Positions 1-12,562 of a DNA stretch of 64,000 nt are shown piece after piece. The DNA is from Octopus sinensis. Taxonomy: Eukaryota. The translations under genes and the position numbers were made by a program. The notes under the pieces are model-generated. The model did no database searches. It had not been told where the DNA came from and saw nothing but the letters and a program-made list of their open reading frames with translations. Within the stretch, counting starts at the first letter, position 1. Each line of letters begins with the position of its first letter. The stretch covers positions 46,624,001 through 46,688,000 of the forward strand of contig NC_043003.1 in NCBI RefSeq assembly GCF_006345805.1, in the 5' to 3' direction.

Positions 1-51
1 ATATCGCTCCACCACCGCTCATGTCTCGTTGAGACATTTAGAAATTCAATA

Positions 52-118
<67 letters not shown>

Positions 119-1029
119 ATATATATATAACACCCTAATGGGAGCCTTAACTCCAAATTTTAGTCATTTCTTTTTCTGATCCAAAACTAGGTCAAAAGTA
201 CTGAATGGATCTTTATGAAATTTGGAAATTATATTATATGCATAGGGGCCATAACCCCCATGACAATTCATATATATATATATATTTTTTTTTTTTTGCT
301 GTTGATGAAATTTTAACCATAGATGTTAGACACAAATGAAGTAATATTTATAAAATTTCATCTTACAAAGTTAGAGTTACCCGAGCATAAAAGTTGGGCA
401 TTATTTCTAATTCAATGGTACAACAGTGTAACACTTCGCTTTGACATACACTTACATTGTGATTTCTGGAATGTGGTGCATAAATTGTCAAGTAAATGAG
501 AGGCATCTTTGCCTCCACTGATTCAGTTGCTAAGTGCTGAGTAAAGTTATTTGATTGCAGACCTCATTTCAGTCTTTTTATTATCACTCGGTCAAACATA
601 GTCCCCATAAGGTAACATTGATTTCAAGGCCTTCCTAGATGAGTGACTGGTTATTTATAGATTTTAAATTTATTCTGTCCAGTTACGTATCAGTATAGTG
701 GTCATTTGCAAACTCCAGAGGTGACACTTTAATTTCTCCTGAACCCTCACGGCATACAGTTGTTAATGTCGATTTCAGTTGGGTCACGCCCTTCCAATTG
801 CTATAGATTCGCAATGCATCTTACGGCTGTGCCTGTCACCTGGATGGTGAGGAATCCTACATTGGGAGTGGTAACGACTAGGGTAGGGTAACTGACTGCT
901 TATTGTTATCATTCGTCTTTTGGTTTCCTGTAGCTTTGCTCTCTTTTACAAACCAAGTGAACATATATTTCCTATTTCAAAGAAATTCAAACAATAGATA
1001 TAAAACCCAAGTTAAAAAGATTTTCAACA

Positions 1030-1364
1030 ATTCAACTTCTCTGGTTGACATTAAGATGCCCTCCCCCAACAGGGGCCTTAAATCTCACATTTTAGAGCCC
1101 AATGACCTTCATTTTTCAGGAGCAAAATCTTTTTAACAAGCTCAATAAGACTGGAATTTTGGAATATGCGCATAAAAATCAGTAGTATGGGATACATGGT
1201 GGCACGATTACAATTTTTTTAGGGTGTGTAAAGAGGGAAATAACCCTCATCTGCAATTTTGATGAAATTCGAGCATAGATACTCCAGTTCATTACAGAAA
1301 ATATAACAGAAAAGTCTAATTCTTCAATTGAATGTAACCGAGCAACGCCGGGTATCTCTGCTAG
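1030..1364 (+). mobile_element. Non-autonomous Helitron-like element, 3' end (5' boundary uncertain)
   Basis: Ends ...AACCGAGCAACGCCGGGTATCTCTG-CTAG|T: GC-rich subterminal hairpin, CTAG terminus and following T. The same terminus occurs on the element at 50881-51265. Confidence 0.55.
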
Positions 1365-1578
1365 TAGTATATATATCCTGATATTATCAACACCGTGTAA
1401 ACAGTATGTTTGGTGTTGTTTGTTTAGCTGAAACTTATCTACGAGCTTATTCCTGCAGAGATCTTTTCGTCTTTTCAACAGTACTACACTGTCTGAGACG
1501 TCCTATGACACTACGGGTGACTTGTAATTTTAGCCTAAACGTCTTGAAAATCAGAATAAACTACGGCTTCATGAACCT

Positions 1579-1579
<1 letters not shown>

Positions 1580-1624
<45 letters not shown>

Positions 1625-1660
1625 CAGCAGCAGCAGCAGCAGCAGTAGCAGCAGCAGTAA

Positions 1661-1696
<36 letters not shown>

Positions 1697-1718
1697 CAGC
1701 AGCAGCAGCAGTAGCAGT

Positions 1719-1782
<64 letters not shown>
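1580..1782. repeat. Compound (TAG)n/(CAG)n microsatellite
   Basis: Direct inspection; source of the poly-L and poly-Y/C pseudo-ORFs. Confidence 0.95.
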
Positions 1783-2634
1783 ATTCCACATTATCCAAAC
1801 GCATGAAACTCTTTGATGAACCATTATCTATGAAAACATTGTTCAAAATAGGTACTTGATTTATGTTCTCCATGATTTCAGAAAATAATATTTGTTTCAA
1901 ATTTTGGCACAATTTCAGGAATTTCTGGGAGGTGGTAAGTCGATTACATCGAGCCCAGCACTCAACTGGTACTTATTTTATCAGCAGAATTTGAACCCAG
2001 AGCATTAAGACAGATGCAATGCCGCTAAGCGTTTCGCCGGGCGTGCTAACGATTCTGCTAGATAATAATAATATTTCGCTATAATACAATCATCATGGGA
2101 ATGGTGATTTCCCTTCGCAAATACTGATCAGACACAGAAAGGGTGTCGTTAGCCAGTTGGAGGAGATGTTTTCCTGGGACTATAAACAACAGTAGGATCG
2201 TCCCATATGGGTCAGCCACATTTAGGTGGCAAATGACGTGCTGCTATTCTTTACATCTCACTAAGAGATTTATTATTACAATCATAACTCTATATTCTAA
2301 CAGAGATTTTAGTGGATTCCTGATACAGGGCAAAGCAGTGTAGACATTATCAGTTTTGTAAGGGATCAGAATTCAGAGAGAATATGTCCATTCTGCTGTT
2401 GTCTGTGGTTACTCCGATCAACATTCGCCCAGCAGACATGTGGTCAAAAGGCATTCCTGCTGCAACGGTTTCAGTCTTTTTTTTGTTTTTTTTGTTTACG
2501 TTTCAGGTGCATTATTCAAAAAAACATACATTGTTCCTGCAATTTGACAAACCCCAAGTCGCACAAAGTAATTGGATTTACTGCAGGAAGACTGAAATTT
2601 GATGTTGAAAATATTACTTTCGTCGGCACATACA

Positions 2635-2787
2635 TGGTTGTGTGGTTAAGAAACTCGCTATGCAACCAGGTGATTTCGGGTTAAGTCCTACTGTGCAGCA
2701 GCTTTGGCAGGCGTCTTCTACTATAATCTCGAGGGGTTCAATGCTTGATATGGAATTAGGTAGTGAGAAACTGTGTGAAAGTCCTTC
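2635..2787 (+). mobile_element. Decayed tRNA-derived SINE (family 2) head followed by (TATG)n/(TA)n
   Basis: Similar to the GTGGCTGTGTGGTAAG...GGTTCAGTCCCACTGCG...GGCAAGTGTCTTCTACTATAG head seen in many copies in the window. Confidence 0.6.
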
Positions 2788-2937
2788 GTGTATGTATGTA
2801 TGTATGTATGTATGTATGTATGTATGTATGTATGTATGTAGGCATCTATGTATGTATGTATGTATGATGTATGTATGTATGTATGTATGTATGTATGTAT
2901 GTATGCATGCATGTATGTATGTATGTATGTATGTATG

Positions 2938-3007
<70 letters not shown>

Positions 3008-3012
<5 letters not shown>

Positions 3013-3884
3013 AGCTGACTTACCCGGTAATTCCTTGAGAAAGCGGAGCTTGTCCCTCGGTTCTGTTCTCATAATTGTTTCGCTAATCCAATAACAACAA
3101 TACAAAGTATGTAGCCCTTGTCTTACACATGAACTTGTTTTTAGGAATTCCCAGTTAAGTTATGAATACCCAAATTGTGAAGTCAATTATGTAATAACAT
3201 GAAACTAGTTACGCGATAGTAAGAATTCAAATAAAGTAGCCCCGAAAAGAGCTTTAACGCGTTCCAAGAGTATATAGAACATGGGACGAAATACTAATAA
3301 GGTATGTATACTAAAATCATGAAGCATGTTACGTAGTAACAGGCCAATCAGATATGAGAAAATAATAATTCAAATTAAATAACTCTGAAAAGGGCTTTTG
3401 TGCATTCCTAGGGAATATTACCCTCAGGGGCGCTAGTGTTGGTATAATCGTGAATAAGTCACTAACCGAAATAAGTGGATCTATTGTTTAGGAAAATACT
3501 ATTTACTTGTTTAAGGGTTGTACTGGATAAATTGCGAAAATAACTCTAACAGTTCAAATACTAAGAAATAAGCATACTCAATTTCCTTTTTACCAAATAA
3601 TTTAGGAAAATGAATGGGGTATTTCCCTTGGCTATATATAAGGGTCCTTTCCGAGGGCGAAAAGGTTATTTCCCTTGATTTTTAAAATAAGATATATTAG
3701 ATGTATATAAAGATCCCTTCCAGGGGCCCTATTATCGATTTTTTTTCAACAATCTGAGATGCCATGAAGTTTCCAGACATGAGTTCTACTCACGTGTCCA
3801 GATTCATCAAAATCGATGAAACGATGTAGGAGTTAGCTAACATCTCCACAAACACACCCACAGACAGAATTTCCCACATATGTA

Positions 3885-3885
<1 letters not shown>
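3008..3885 (-). mobile_element. Possible non-autonomous Helitron-like element
   Basis: Minus-strand end ...AATTACCGGGTAAGTCAG-CTTG|T next to (TA)n. The other end has the TTCATCAAAATCGATGAAACG...ACACCCACAGACAG pattern also seen in the 50881-51265 element. Confidence 0.4.
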
Positions 3886-3937
<52 letters not shown>

Positions 3938-4240
3938 CATATATAGACAGAGAGAGAGGAGGAGATAGAGACATACCTATGTCTGAGTGTCTGTGTGTGC
4001 GTATGTGTGTGTATGTATAAGTGTGTGTCTATATATATATATATATATATGTGTGTGTATGTATGTGCATGTATATATATATACACACACACACATACAC
4101 AAACACACACACGCATATATATATATTTCGTTTTAATACTTGGTTTCAAAGATTCTTTAAGTGAATTCGTGTGTTGAAGGATATTTTATTGTATCTGGGG
4201 AGAGTCATTCCCTTTCTGTGCCTTACTCTTTTCTATTTTA

Positions 4241-4439
4241 GGCATAAGGCCAAAATTTAGGGGGAGGGGGCCTGTCGATTAGATCGACTCCAGTATGCGA
4301 CAGGTACTTAATTTATCGATCCCGAAAGGATGAAAGGCAAAGTCGACCTCGGCGGAATTTGAACTCAGAACATAAAGACAGTCGAAATACCGCTAAAAAT
4401 TTCACCGGGCGTGCTAACGTTTCTGCCAGCTCACCGCCT
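4241..4439 (-). mobile_element. tRNA-derived SINE (family 1; core GCCTTTCATCCTTTCGGGGTCGATAAATTAAGTACCAG)
   Basis: One of dozens of dispersed copies (e.g. 7800-8200, 11700-12090, 28490-28650, 30060-30420, 44270-44770, 45620-45840, 57700-57910), with a B-box-like GAGTTCAAATTCC. Confidence 0.85.
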
Positions 4440-4499
4440 TCCTTTCAATGCCTTATTATTTAACACACTCACCGGTTCAATTTCCACTCATTTACTTAT

Positions 4500-5250
4500 T
4501 TATTTTTTCTAAAATTTTCGACCTTTATTGGTACTACTACTACCTTTTTCATCAACCACAACTGCTTAACTTCCCAAGCTAACCTGTCATATCTCTCGAC
4601 TTCCCTATTGCAACCTTGTTGTCAGCTGGGCATGCTATATCTATGATCCAGCATAATTTGTTTTCTTTCTGTCCGGCTTCTTATTCTCAATCTCATGGTC
4701 GCACTGAATCACAAAATCCCATAGGATCTTTACATTTTTATTTTTCGACAATGCTTTCAGGTTTGTGGTCGTACCAATTTTTTGCTCTGTTAAGTCAATA
4801 CTTTTTGCAAAGTGTCCAGTGGACAAGCCTGACTATATTGTCGTGACGTCTCCTATTTTCCTTCTGGGCTAGTGGCGTACATTGGCTGGTAATATGCCAT
4901 ACGGTTTCACCGCTTTGTCCACAGATTCTGCGTTTATCACTTTCTGATGTGCTGTCTATTCTGTATTTTATGTAGTTTGTTCTTAGTGCTTGCTCTTGGA
5001 CAGCACAGATAAGAGCCTCAATTTCCGGTTTTAAATCACTTTTAGTCATCCACAGCCATCTTTTTTCTCTGTCTTATCTTCAACATCCCTATGAAATTGT
5101 CCATGCATTCTTTTCTTTACCTACCTATTTTCAGTTTCATTCGTTTGCAATTGCTTATACAATGCTTTATCTTTGCAATCTTTCATCCTACACAAGTCTG
5201 ACCTTGTTACGGAATATTGGGGTTAGTAACCTGCGCTCTTAACATATGCT
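4500..5250 (-). mobile_element. R4/Dong-clade non-LTR retrotransposon fragment (C-terminal CCHC finger and restriction-like endonuclease), pseudogenised
   Basis: Frameshifted peptides KRMHGQFHR, LKPEIEALICAVQEQALRTN, (C)RICGQSGETVWHITSQC..LAQ..RRRHD, ILWDF.IQCDHEIENKKPD and DIACPADNKV match the R4-clade CCHC/RHD/PD..D motif order. Confidence 0.8.
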
Positions 5251-5251
5251 C

Positions 5252-5837
5252 GTTTTCATCATTGTCGACACATTCAAAGAGAGCTTTTGCATCTGAAATC
5301 CGAGTGTCTTTTTGGTCAGCTAAAATCAGTTTTGACACAAACTTGGCAGACACTCGTCTCATACCCAAATCTTCAGTGATTATGGACTGAACTGAACCGT
5401 AACTAATGTACGCATCCTCTGATAACTCACGAATGGTAATTCTACGATTTCCCTCACAGCTGCACGCACATCTGCGATGTTTTTCTCAGTTCTACTGGTT
5501 GCGGGTCTCCCAGAACGTTCAAGATAGACGTTTTTTCAGCCATCTTGGAAACGTGTGCAGCTCATGCACTCCTTTCCATACAATTTCTGCTACTTTGCGA
5601 AGGCCTCTGAACAGGTATTGCCATGACAACTTTCTCTCTCACGGTCAGTGCGATGATCACACGCGACACACTTTCCTTCCAAGCATTGCTGTAAACAGCG
5701 GAAGTAAGCTAGCACCGTAAAAACTAATTGCGCATGTAGAGCAGAGTTCAAGGTCAATCTTTGCCAATCGGCTTTACTCTGCGCGTTTTAGCTTCCTTAT
5801 TATGACAACAGTCCAGATACTTATTGATCAGACCTAG
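5252..5837 (-). mobile_element. Truncated mariner transposon (one TIR plus 5' transposase fragment)
   Basis: Peptide RSGRPATSRTEKNIADVRAAV..NRRITIRELSEDAYISYGSVQSIITEDLGMRRVSAKFVSK. The TIR CAGATACTTATTGATCAGACCTAG|TA resembles the TIR of the mariner at 13769. Confidence 0.85.
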
Positions 5838-6547
5838 TATATATTTGTATGAATGTGCGTCTGCATGTCTGTGTTTGTCTCCGTCCACTGCGCGACAACC
5901 GGTGTTTAGAAAATAAGTATTGGGGTCGACATATTTCGACCGAACCCTTCAAGATGGTGTCTCGGCATGGCTGCAGTGACAAAAGATAAAACCCTTATTT
6001 AGGATGGTAACGTGTGATTTGAGGAAGATTTAGTTGCTATTTCTAGCAGATTGAGTGACCACATAGATGCTCCGTCGATGGCTCAATGTAATTAGGCAGA
6101 TGCTGCTGCTCTTGTTGTATAGTATTAGTAGTAGCATCAAGAGGAGTCAGTGCAACTGCACTGAGAAGTAATGTTATAGGGCAGAACCCTTCATCAGAGA
6201 ATCAGAAGATGAGAAGATATAAGTAGATAGTAAGGGAGTGAGTAAGCGTATAAGTAAAGTGAGAGGAGAAACAAGAAAGCATTTAAGTACATAGCGAAAA
6301 CATGAGGAGATTTACAGACAGCTTATATATAGGGAGGGAGGAACAGAGGAAGACACTGTGATAGGTTTAGGGTATAAGAAGAGAGCGAGAAAATGAGGCG
6401 TAGGGTAAGCAATATGAATGGAGGAGTGGGAGGCTATATTTGATAACGGTTCGTTGGTATATCAGCACCGAAACATGACTCAAAATTTGTAATAGTGTCA
6501 GGCGCAATGTATTTAAATAAGGCTGTATAATCGTTCGTACTCAGCTG

Positions 6548-6619
6548 TCCCAAGTGGTCTAGTGGTTAGGATTCCGCGCTCTCACCGCGGCGGCCGGGGT
6601 TCGATTCCCCGCTTGGGAA
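6548..6619 (+). tRNA. trnE-CTC: tRNA-Glu(CTC), copy 1
   Basis: TCCCAAGTGGTCTAGTGGTTAGGATTCCGCGCTCTCACCGCGGCGGCCGGGGTTCGATTCCCCGCTTGGGAA forms a full cloverleaf with A and B boxes, a TATTTAAATA motif at -38 and a T5 run at 6627-6631. Confidence 0.97.
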
Positions 6620-6626
6620 ACGTAGC

Positions 6627-6637
6627 TTTTTATTTTT
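6627..6637 (+). terminator. Pol III oligo(T) terminator of tRNA copy 1
   Basis: TTTTTATTTTT 8 nt after the gene; T4 or longer runs follow the other copies too. Confidence 0.75.
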
Positions 6638-7044
6638 CTTCTAAATTTTTGACTTTTAACTTTGAATTTGCAAACACAGTATACTTAGACTGAGATATAT
6701 TGAAAATCTTAATTTAATATTGAAAATATTATTTTAATCCTGTATAGGCAGTTCATTTCTTTTTTTTTTTTTTGAGACGATCAGGGCACGCAACAGTACA
6801 TTTGGCGAGTATCTTCTGCCATAGCATTAGATCAACCAAAACTTTGCGACTAAAATTAGAGGAAAACGACGTTGAAGCCTGCTAGAAGGACACAACGCTT
6901 TTCCTGGTTTAGGAATTGAATACGCCAAAAGCTAACATGAGAGTATCTCTCGTGGCATCTACCGCAGTATAGTTTGTTCTAGCAGAACACCCACGTTTAC
7001 CTCTCAGTATTAATAATAGCTCTGATGTTAATATACTATTTTAT

Positions 7045-7211
7045 TCTTTTACTTGTTTCAGTAATTCGACTGCGGCCATGCTTGAGCACCGCGTTTAATC
7101 GAACAAATAGACCCCAGGTCTTATTCTAACTTGTACTTATTCTACCGGTCTCTTTTTGCCGAAAAGCTGGGTGACGGGAACACAGACACACAAACATACA
7201 CGCACACACAC

Positions 7212-7298
<87 letters not shown>

Positions 7299-7450
7299 CA
7301 TATACAACGGGCTTCTTTCCGTGTACCAATTCCACTCACAAGGCTTTGGTCGGCCCGAAGCTTTAGTAGAAGACACTTGCCCAAGGTGCCACGTAGTGCA
7401 ACTGAACCGTGAACCATGTGGTTGAGAAGCAAGCTTCTTACTACACAGCC
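7045..7450 (-). mobile_element. tRNA-derived SINE (family 2) with internal (TA)/(CA) microsatellite
   Basis: tRNA-like head, CCTTGGGCAAGTGTCTTCTAC core and GGTGCTCCAGCATGGCCGCAGTC tail. Other copies at 17050-17670, 39460-39810, 43465-43900 and 59630-59970. Confidence 0.85.
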
Positions 7451-8334
7451 GCTATATCTATCTAAACACTCATCTTCTAACCAAGAAACGTTGCCATGCC
7501 GAAAGGGTTACATATAAAGCCATTCTGACCAAATAAACTTATTCATTCTACAAGAAACGAAATGTGTCAAGCTATTCAAGCTTCTTTTCAATCACTTTTT
7601 GAGTTTGGCTGCTTACCTTTTTTCGTCTTATCGTCAAAGTTTCTAGATCCAACTAACACCCAAAACTTTGATCGGACATTCAATTGAGTGCAAGTATCTT
7701 TAGTACTATTATTTGCTATTACAGCTACAACAATTACTACTACAACCACCGCCACTACTACTACTACTACTACAAATAAAAATAATAATAGTAATTTCAA
7801 ATTTTGGCACAAGGCCAGCAATTTCAGCCAGTGGATAAGTCGATTGCATCGACTCCAGTAAACAACTGGTACTTATTTTATCGACTCCGAGAAGATGAAA
7901 GGCAAAGTCGATCTCGGCGGAATTTGAACTCAGAACCTGTAGACGGATGAAATGATGTTAAGCATTTTGTCCGGCGTGCTAATGATTCTGCTGACTCACC
8001 ACCCTGATAAATCTCTCTGTTGCAGACATAGAACCTGAAACATTGGAAGAGAGAACTAGTCGATTACATCAACTCAAGTATTTCACTGGTACTTTATTTT
8101 ATTCACTTCGAAAGGAATAAAATGGTAAAGTTGACTTCGGCGGGATTTGAACTCAAGGTGCCACGAAAGCCGAATGCTCTAATAACTCTCTCAACTTGCC
8201 GCCTTCTACAACTGACATATCATAAGAATATGTTGAGGCTGGGTTCTGTCGTGTAATTCAATCCCAGAACTACTCAAGCTTCTACACCACCAGCACTACC
8301 AGTCAACCCTTTCGATATATTTCTCTCGCCAAAG

Positions 8335-9290
8335 CGGCGAGCTGGCAAAAATGTTAGCACGCCGGCCAAAATGTTTACCGGTATTTCGTCTGCGTTACGT
8401 TGTGAGTTCAAATTCCGCCGAGGTCGACTTTGCCTTTCATCCTTTCGGGGTCGATAAATTAAGTACCAGTTACGCACTGGGGTCGATGGAATCGACTTAA
8501 TACCTATGTCTGTCCTTGTTTGTCCCCTCTGTGTTTAGCCCCTTGTGGGTAATAAAGAAATAGGTATTTCGTCTGCCGCTACGTTCTGAGTTCAAATTCC
8601 GCCGAGGTCGGCTTTGGCTTTCATCCTTTCGGAGTCGTACCAGTTACGAACTTGGGATCGATATAATCGACTTAATCCCTTTGTCTGTCCTTGTTTGTCC
8701 TCTCTGTATTTGGCCCCTTGTGAGTAGTTAAGAAATAGGTATTTCGTCTGCCGCTACGTGCTGAGTTTGAATTCCGCCGAGGTCGACTTTGCCTTCCATC
8801 CTTTCGGGGTCGATAAATTAAGTACCAGTTACGCACTGGGGTCGATGTAATCGACTTAATCCGTTTGTCTGTCCTTGTTTGTCCCCTCTATATTTAGCAC
8901 CTTTTGAGCAATAAAGAAAGAAGAAACGTTAACCCGCCGGGCGAAATGCTTACCGGTATTTCGTCTGCCGCTACGTTCTGAGTTCAAATTCCGCCGAGGT
9001 CGACTTTGCCTTTCCTTCTTTCGGGGTCGATTAAATAAGTACCATTTACGCACTGGAATCGATATAATCGACTTAATCCGTTTGTCTGTCCTTGATTGTC
9101 CCTTCTGTGTTTAGCCCCTTGTGGGTAGTACAGAAATAGGTATTTCATCTGTCTTTACGTTCTGAGTTCAAATTCCACCGAGGTCGACTTTGCCTTTCAT
9201 CCTTTCGGGGTTGATAAATTAAGTGACAGTTGTGTACTGGGGTCCTTCTATTCGACTGGCCCCCTCCCCCAAAATTTCTCGGCTTGTGCC
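8335..9290 (+). repeat. Head-to-tail tandem array of ~5 family-1 SINE units (~180 bp period)
   Basis: Repeated GTATTTCGTCTGCCGCTACG...GCCCCTTGTGGGTAATAAAGAAATAG units; the paralogous site at 18570-18870 has only ~1.5 units. Confidence 0.85.
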
Positions 9291-9411
9291 TAGAGAAGAA
9301 AAGTAGTAGTAGCAGCAGCACCAGCACCAACAGTGGAAGCAACAGTAGCGGTAGTAGCTGAGCCATCCACTACAATATATTCTAATATATTCTAATATAT
9401 ACTACCAGCAT

Positions 9412-9450
9412 AAATCAGAGTTACAATTTTTGTTATCAGCTGTGTTTCAG
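9412..9450 (+). promoter_or_regulatory. Conserved -55 to -17 upstream element of tRNA-Glu genes (candidate Pol III upstream element)
   Basis: RAATCARWGTTRCA...TGTTRTC..TGTGTTTCWG at an identical offset before 12 of 14 copies (also 9977, 10769, 12436, 18994, 19563, 21218, 21785, 23200, 23769, 25596, 31531). Confidence 0.5.
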
Positions 9451-9466
9451 ACCCAGTATCAACACT

Positions 9467-9538
9467 TCCCAAGTAGTCTAGTGGTTAGGATTCCGCGCTC
9501 TCATCGCGGCGGCCGGGGTTCGATTCCCCGCTTGGGAA
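9467..9538 (+). tRNA. trnE-CTC: tRNA-Glu(CTC), copy 2 (G9A, C38T variant)
   Basis: Full cloverleaf; differs from copy 1 at 9475 and 9504. Confidence 0.95.
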
Positions 9539-10031
9539 ACGGTTTAAATATATTTATTTTTAAATTTTTGTATTTCAAACGTTCAATTCCCAAAAACAGC
9601 ATATTTGAAGGTATTGAAAATGTTAGCTTAATTCTGTAAAGACATCCCTGTTTTATTCGAGCTGATCAGAGCAACCCGCATGACATTTGGCAAGTATCTG
9701 CTGCCATATACTACCTTCAACCAAAACTTTTCGAGTAAAATTAGAGAGGCGAAAACTATAGCGAATCCAGTTAGAAAGACTTCTTGGAAATAGGTTTTAA
9801 TACGTCGAATCATTTAACACCAAATCTGACTACCTATATTTTTAGCAGGTCCACTTTCTTGCAAACTTACGGGTCAAAATCTCCCTTTTGAGGTTAATAT
9901 CCTCCCCAACTCAGCAGTAACTCAACCATTAATCTCAATATAAAACATCATATAGTCTAAAGTATACTACCACGATGAATCAATGTTACAGTTATTGTTG
10001 TCTGCCGTGTTTCTGTGCCCTGCTGTCGGCT

Positions 10032-10103
10032 TCCCAAGTGGTCTAGTGGTTAGGATTCCGCGCTCTCACCGCGGCGGCCGGGGTTCGATTCCCCGCTTGG
10101 GAA
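10032..10103 (+). tRNA. trnE-CTC: tRNA-Glu(CTC), copy 3
   Basis: Identical to copy 1. Confidence 0.97.
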
Positions 10104-10823
10104 ACGTTTTACATATTTTTAAAAAACTTATCTCATATTGTATTTAAGTAGGAATGGCAATGGATAAATATGCATGTTTATTAATTATTTACTCACAATT
10201 CGTAACTTCATAATTAATATATTGCTTTACACCAATATTTTCATTGTATTACTTTAAGATGTGGTACGGCACCGGACTGCCAGAATTGCTTAGCGATATT
10301 TCTTCCGGCTTTTTATATTCTAAGATCAAATACAGCTGAGGACGGTTTTGCCTTTAATTCTTTCGGAGTGGATAAACTAATTAGAAATTGAGCACATGGG
10401 TCAACTGCTGTCCATGAGCCAAAATTTGAAGCCCTTATTATAATATATGGTAATCTATTTTACTCCCAACGACATACAATCGTTGAAGTATCAAGATAGA
10501 CAGTTGAAACCTCTGTTAAATACTTTCAATTACCTAAAAGGAGAAATACCACTAATTAATTCATCCGTCGCCCCTAACCATCCTACTAGCTTACCGGTTT
10601 AATAGTAATAATAATAGTTTCAAATTTTGGCACGAGGTAAGTCGATTACACCAACCTCTGTAATTGACAGTACTTTATCTTATCGACCCCGAAAGAATCA
10701 AAAAGGCAGTAACTCAACCATTAATCTCAATATAAAGCATCATATAGTCTGAAGTATACTACCACCATGAATCAATGTTACAGTTATTGTTGTCTGCCGT
10801 GTTTCTGTACTCTGCTGTCGGCA

Positions 10824-10895
10824 TCCCAAGTGGTCTAGTGGTTAGGATTCCGCGCTCTCACCGCGGCGGCCGGGGTTCGATTCCCCGCTTGGGAA
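10824..10895 (+). tRNA. trnE-CTC: tRNA-Glu(CTC), copy 4
   Basis: Identical to copy 1. Confidence 0.97.
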
Positions 10896-12490
10896 ACGGT
10901 TTACATATTTTTAAAAAACTTATCTCATATTGTATTTAAGTAGGAAGTGCAATGGATAAATATGCATATTTATTAATTATTTACTCACAATTCGTAACTT
11001 GCAAATTAGTATTTTGCTTATTGCTTTACACCAATATTTTCATCGTATTACTTTAAGATGTGGTATGGCACCGGACTGCCAGAATTGCTTAGCGATATTT
11101 CTTCCGGCTTTTTATATTCTAAGATCAAATACAGCTGAGGAAGGCTTTGCCTTTAATTCTTTTGGAGTGGATAAAATAATTAGAAATTGAGCACATGGGT
11201 CAACTGCTGTCCATGAGCCAAAATTCGAAGCCCTTATTATAATATATGGTAATCTATTTTACTCACAACGACATACAATCGTTGAAGTATCAAGATAGAC
11301 AGTTGAAACCTCTGTTAAATACTTTCGATTACCTAAAAGGAGAAATACACTAATTATTTTATCCGTCGCCCCTAACCATCCTACAGCTTACCGGCTTAAT
11401 AGTAATAATATAAGTTTAAAATTTTGGCACAAGGTAAGTCGATTACCTTGTGCCACAGGGCGTAAGTCGATTACCTTGTGCCAAAGGGCGTAAGTCGATT
11501 ACATCAACCTCTGTAATTGACAGTACTTTATCTTATCGACCCCGAAAGAATCAAAAAGGCAATGTTGATCTTGGCTGGATTTGAACTCAAAACAAAGAGA
11601 GAAAAGAAATGTCGTTAAGTATTTTATACTTGACGCTCCAAAGATTCCACCAGCTCACTGTGTTTGTGTTATAATAATTTTGTAAGTCGGAGAGCTGGCA
11701 AAATTGTTAGCACGTCCAGTGAAATGCTTGCCGGTATTTCATCTGCCGCTACGTTCTGAGTTCAAATTCCGCTGAGGTCGACTTTGCCTTTCATCCTTTC
11801 GGGGTCGATTAAATAAGTACCAGTTACGCACTGGGGTCGATATAATCGACTTAACCCCTTCCCTAATATTGCTACACTTGTGGAGATTTTGAAAGCAATA
11901 ATTATAATAATTTCTAATATTCGTTTCAATTTGTTGCGCAAGGACAGTGAGTTCGGGATTACATCAATCCCAATGCTCACTTGGCAAAGTTGGCCTCGGC
12001 GGGATTTAAGCTCAGAACGTAAGGATGGACGAAATGTTACTTAGCAATTTGCCTGACGCCCCTAACGATTCTGCCAGCTTGCCGCTGTAAACGAAATGCC
12101 GTTCTCGCAAGAGTTAATTTTTAATAATAATTTTAAAGTTTGCAACAAAGACTGCAATTCCAAGGGAGAGTGCAAGTTGGTTACATCGACCTCAGTATTC
12201 AACTGGTTTTCCTTTTATCGACCCCGGAAGGTAGAAAGGAAAAGTCGATCACAGCGGAATCTGAACTCAGAATATAAAGACGAATAATTTTGCATTCCAA
12301 CAGAATATTTTGAGGTACTCTCGACTTATTTAATCCCAGAATTGCTGAAGCACCGGTACCACCACCAGCAGACAAGACCGCGTCAATGTATCTCTCTCAC
12401 CAACGAATACTTTCGGTAAAGTATACTTCGACAGTGAATCAATGTTACAGTTGCTGTTATCAGTTGTGTTTCAGGCGCTGGCTGCAAGTC

Positions 12491-12562
12491 TCCCAAGTGG
12501 TCTAGTGGTTAGGATTCCGCGCTCTCACCGCGGCGGCCGGGGTTCGATTCCCCGCTTGGGAA
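12491..12562 (+). tRNA. trnE-CTC: tRNA-Glu(CTC), copy 5
   Basis: Identical to copy 1. Confidence 0.97.

Noticed and set aside
1535-1912. Poly-Leu, poly-Tyr, YIYI, CVCV and MYVC ORFs here and throughout (e.g. 2614-3105, 51704-52247, 52891-53425, 58270-58861)
   Set aside because: Translations of simple-sequence repeats, which lack stop codons in some frames.
9430-9639. Repeated ORFs containing LVVRIPRSHRGGRGSIPRLGN (also 19012, 21224, 23218, 25524)
   Set aside because: Incidental translation through the tRNA-Glu genes.
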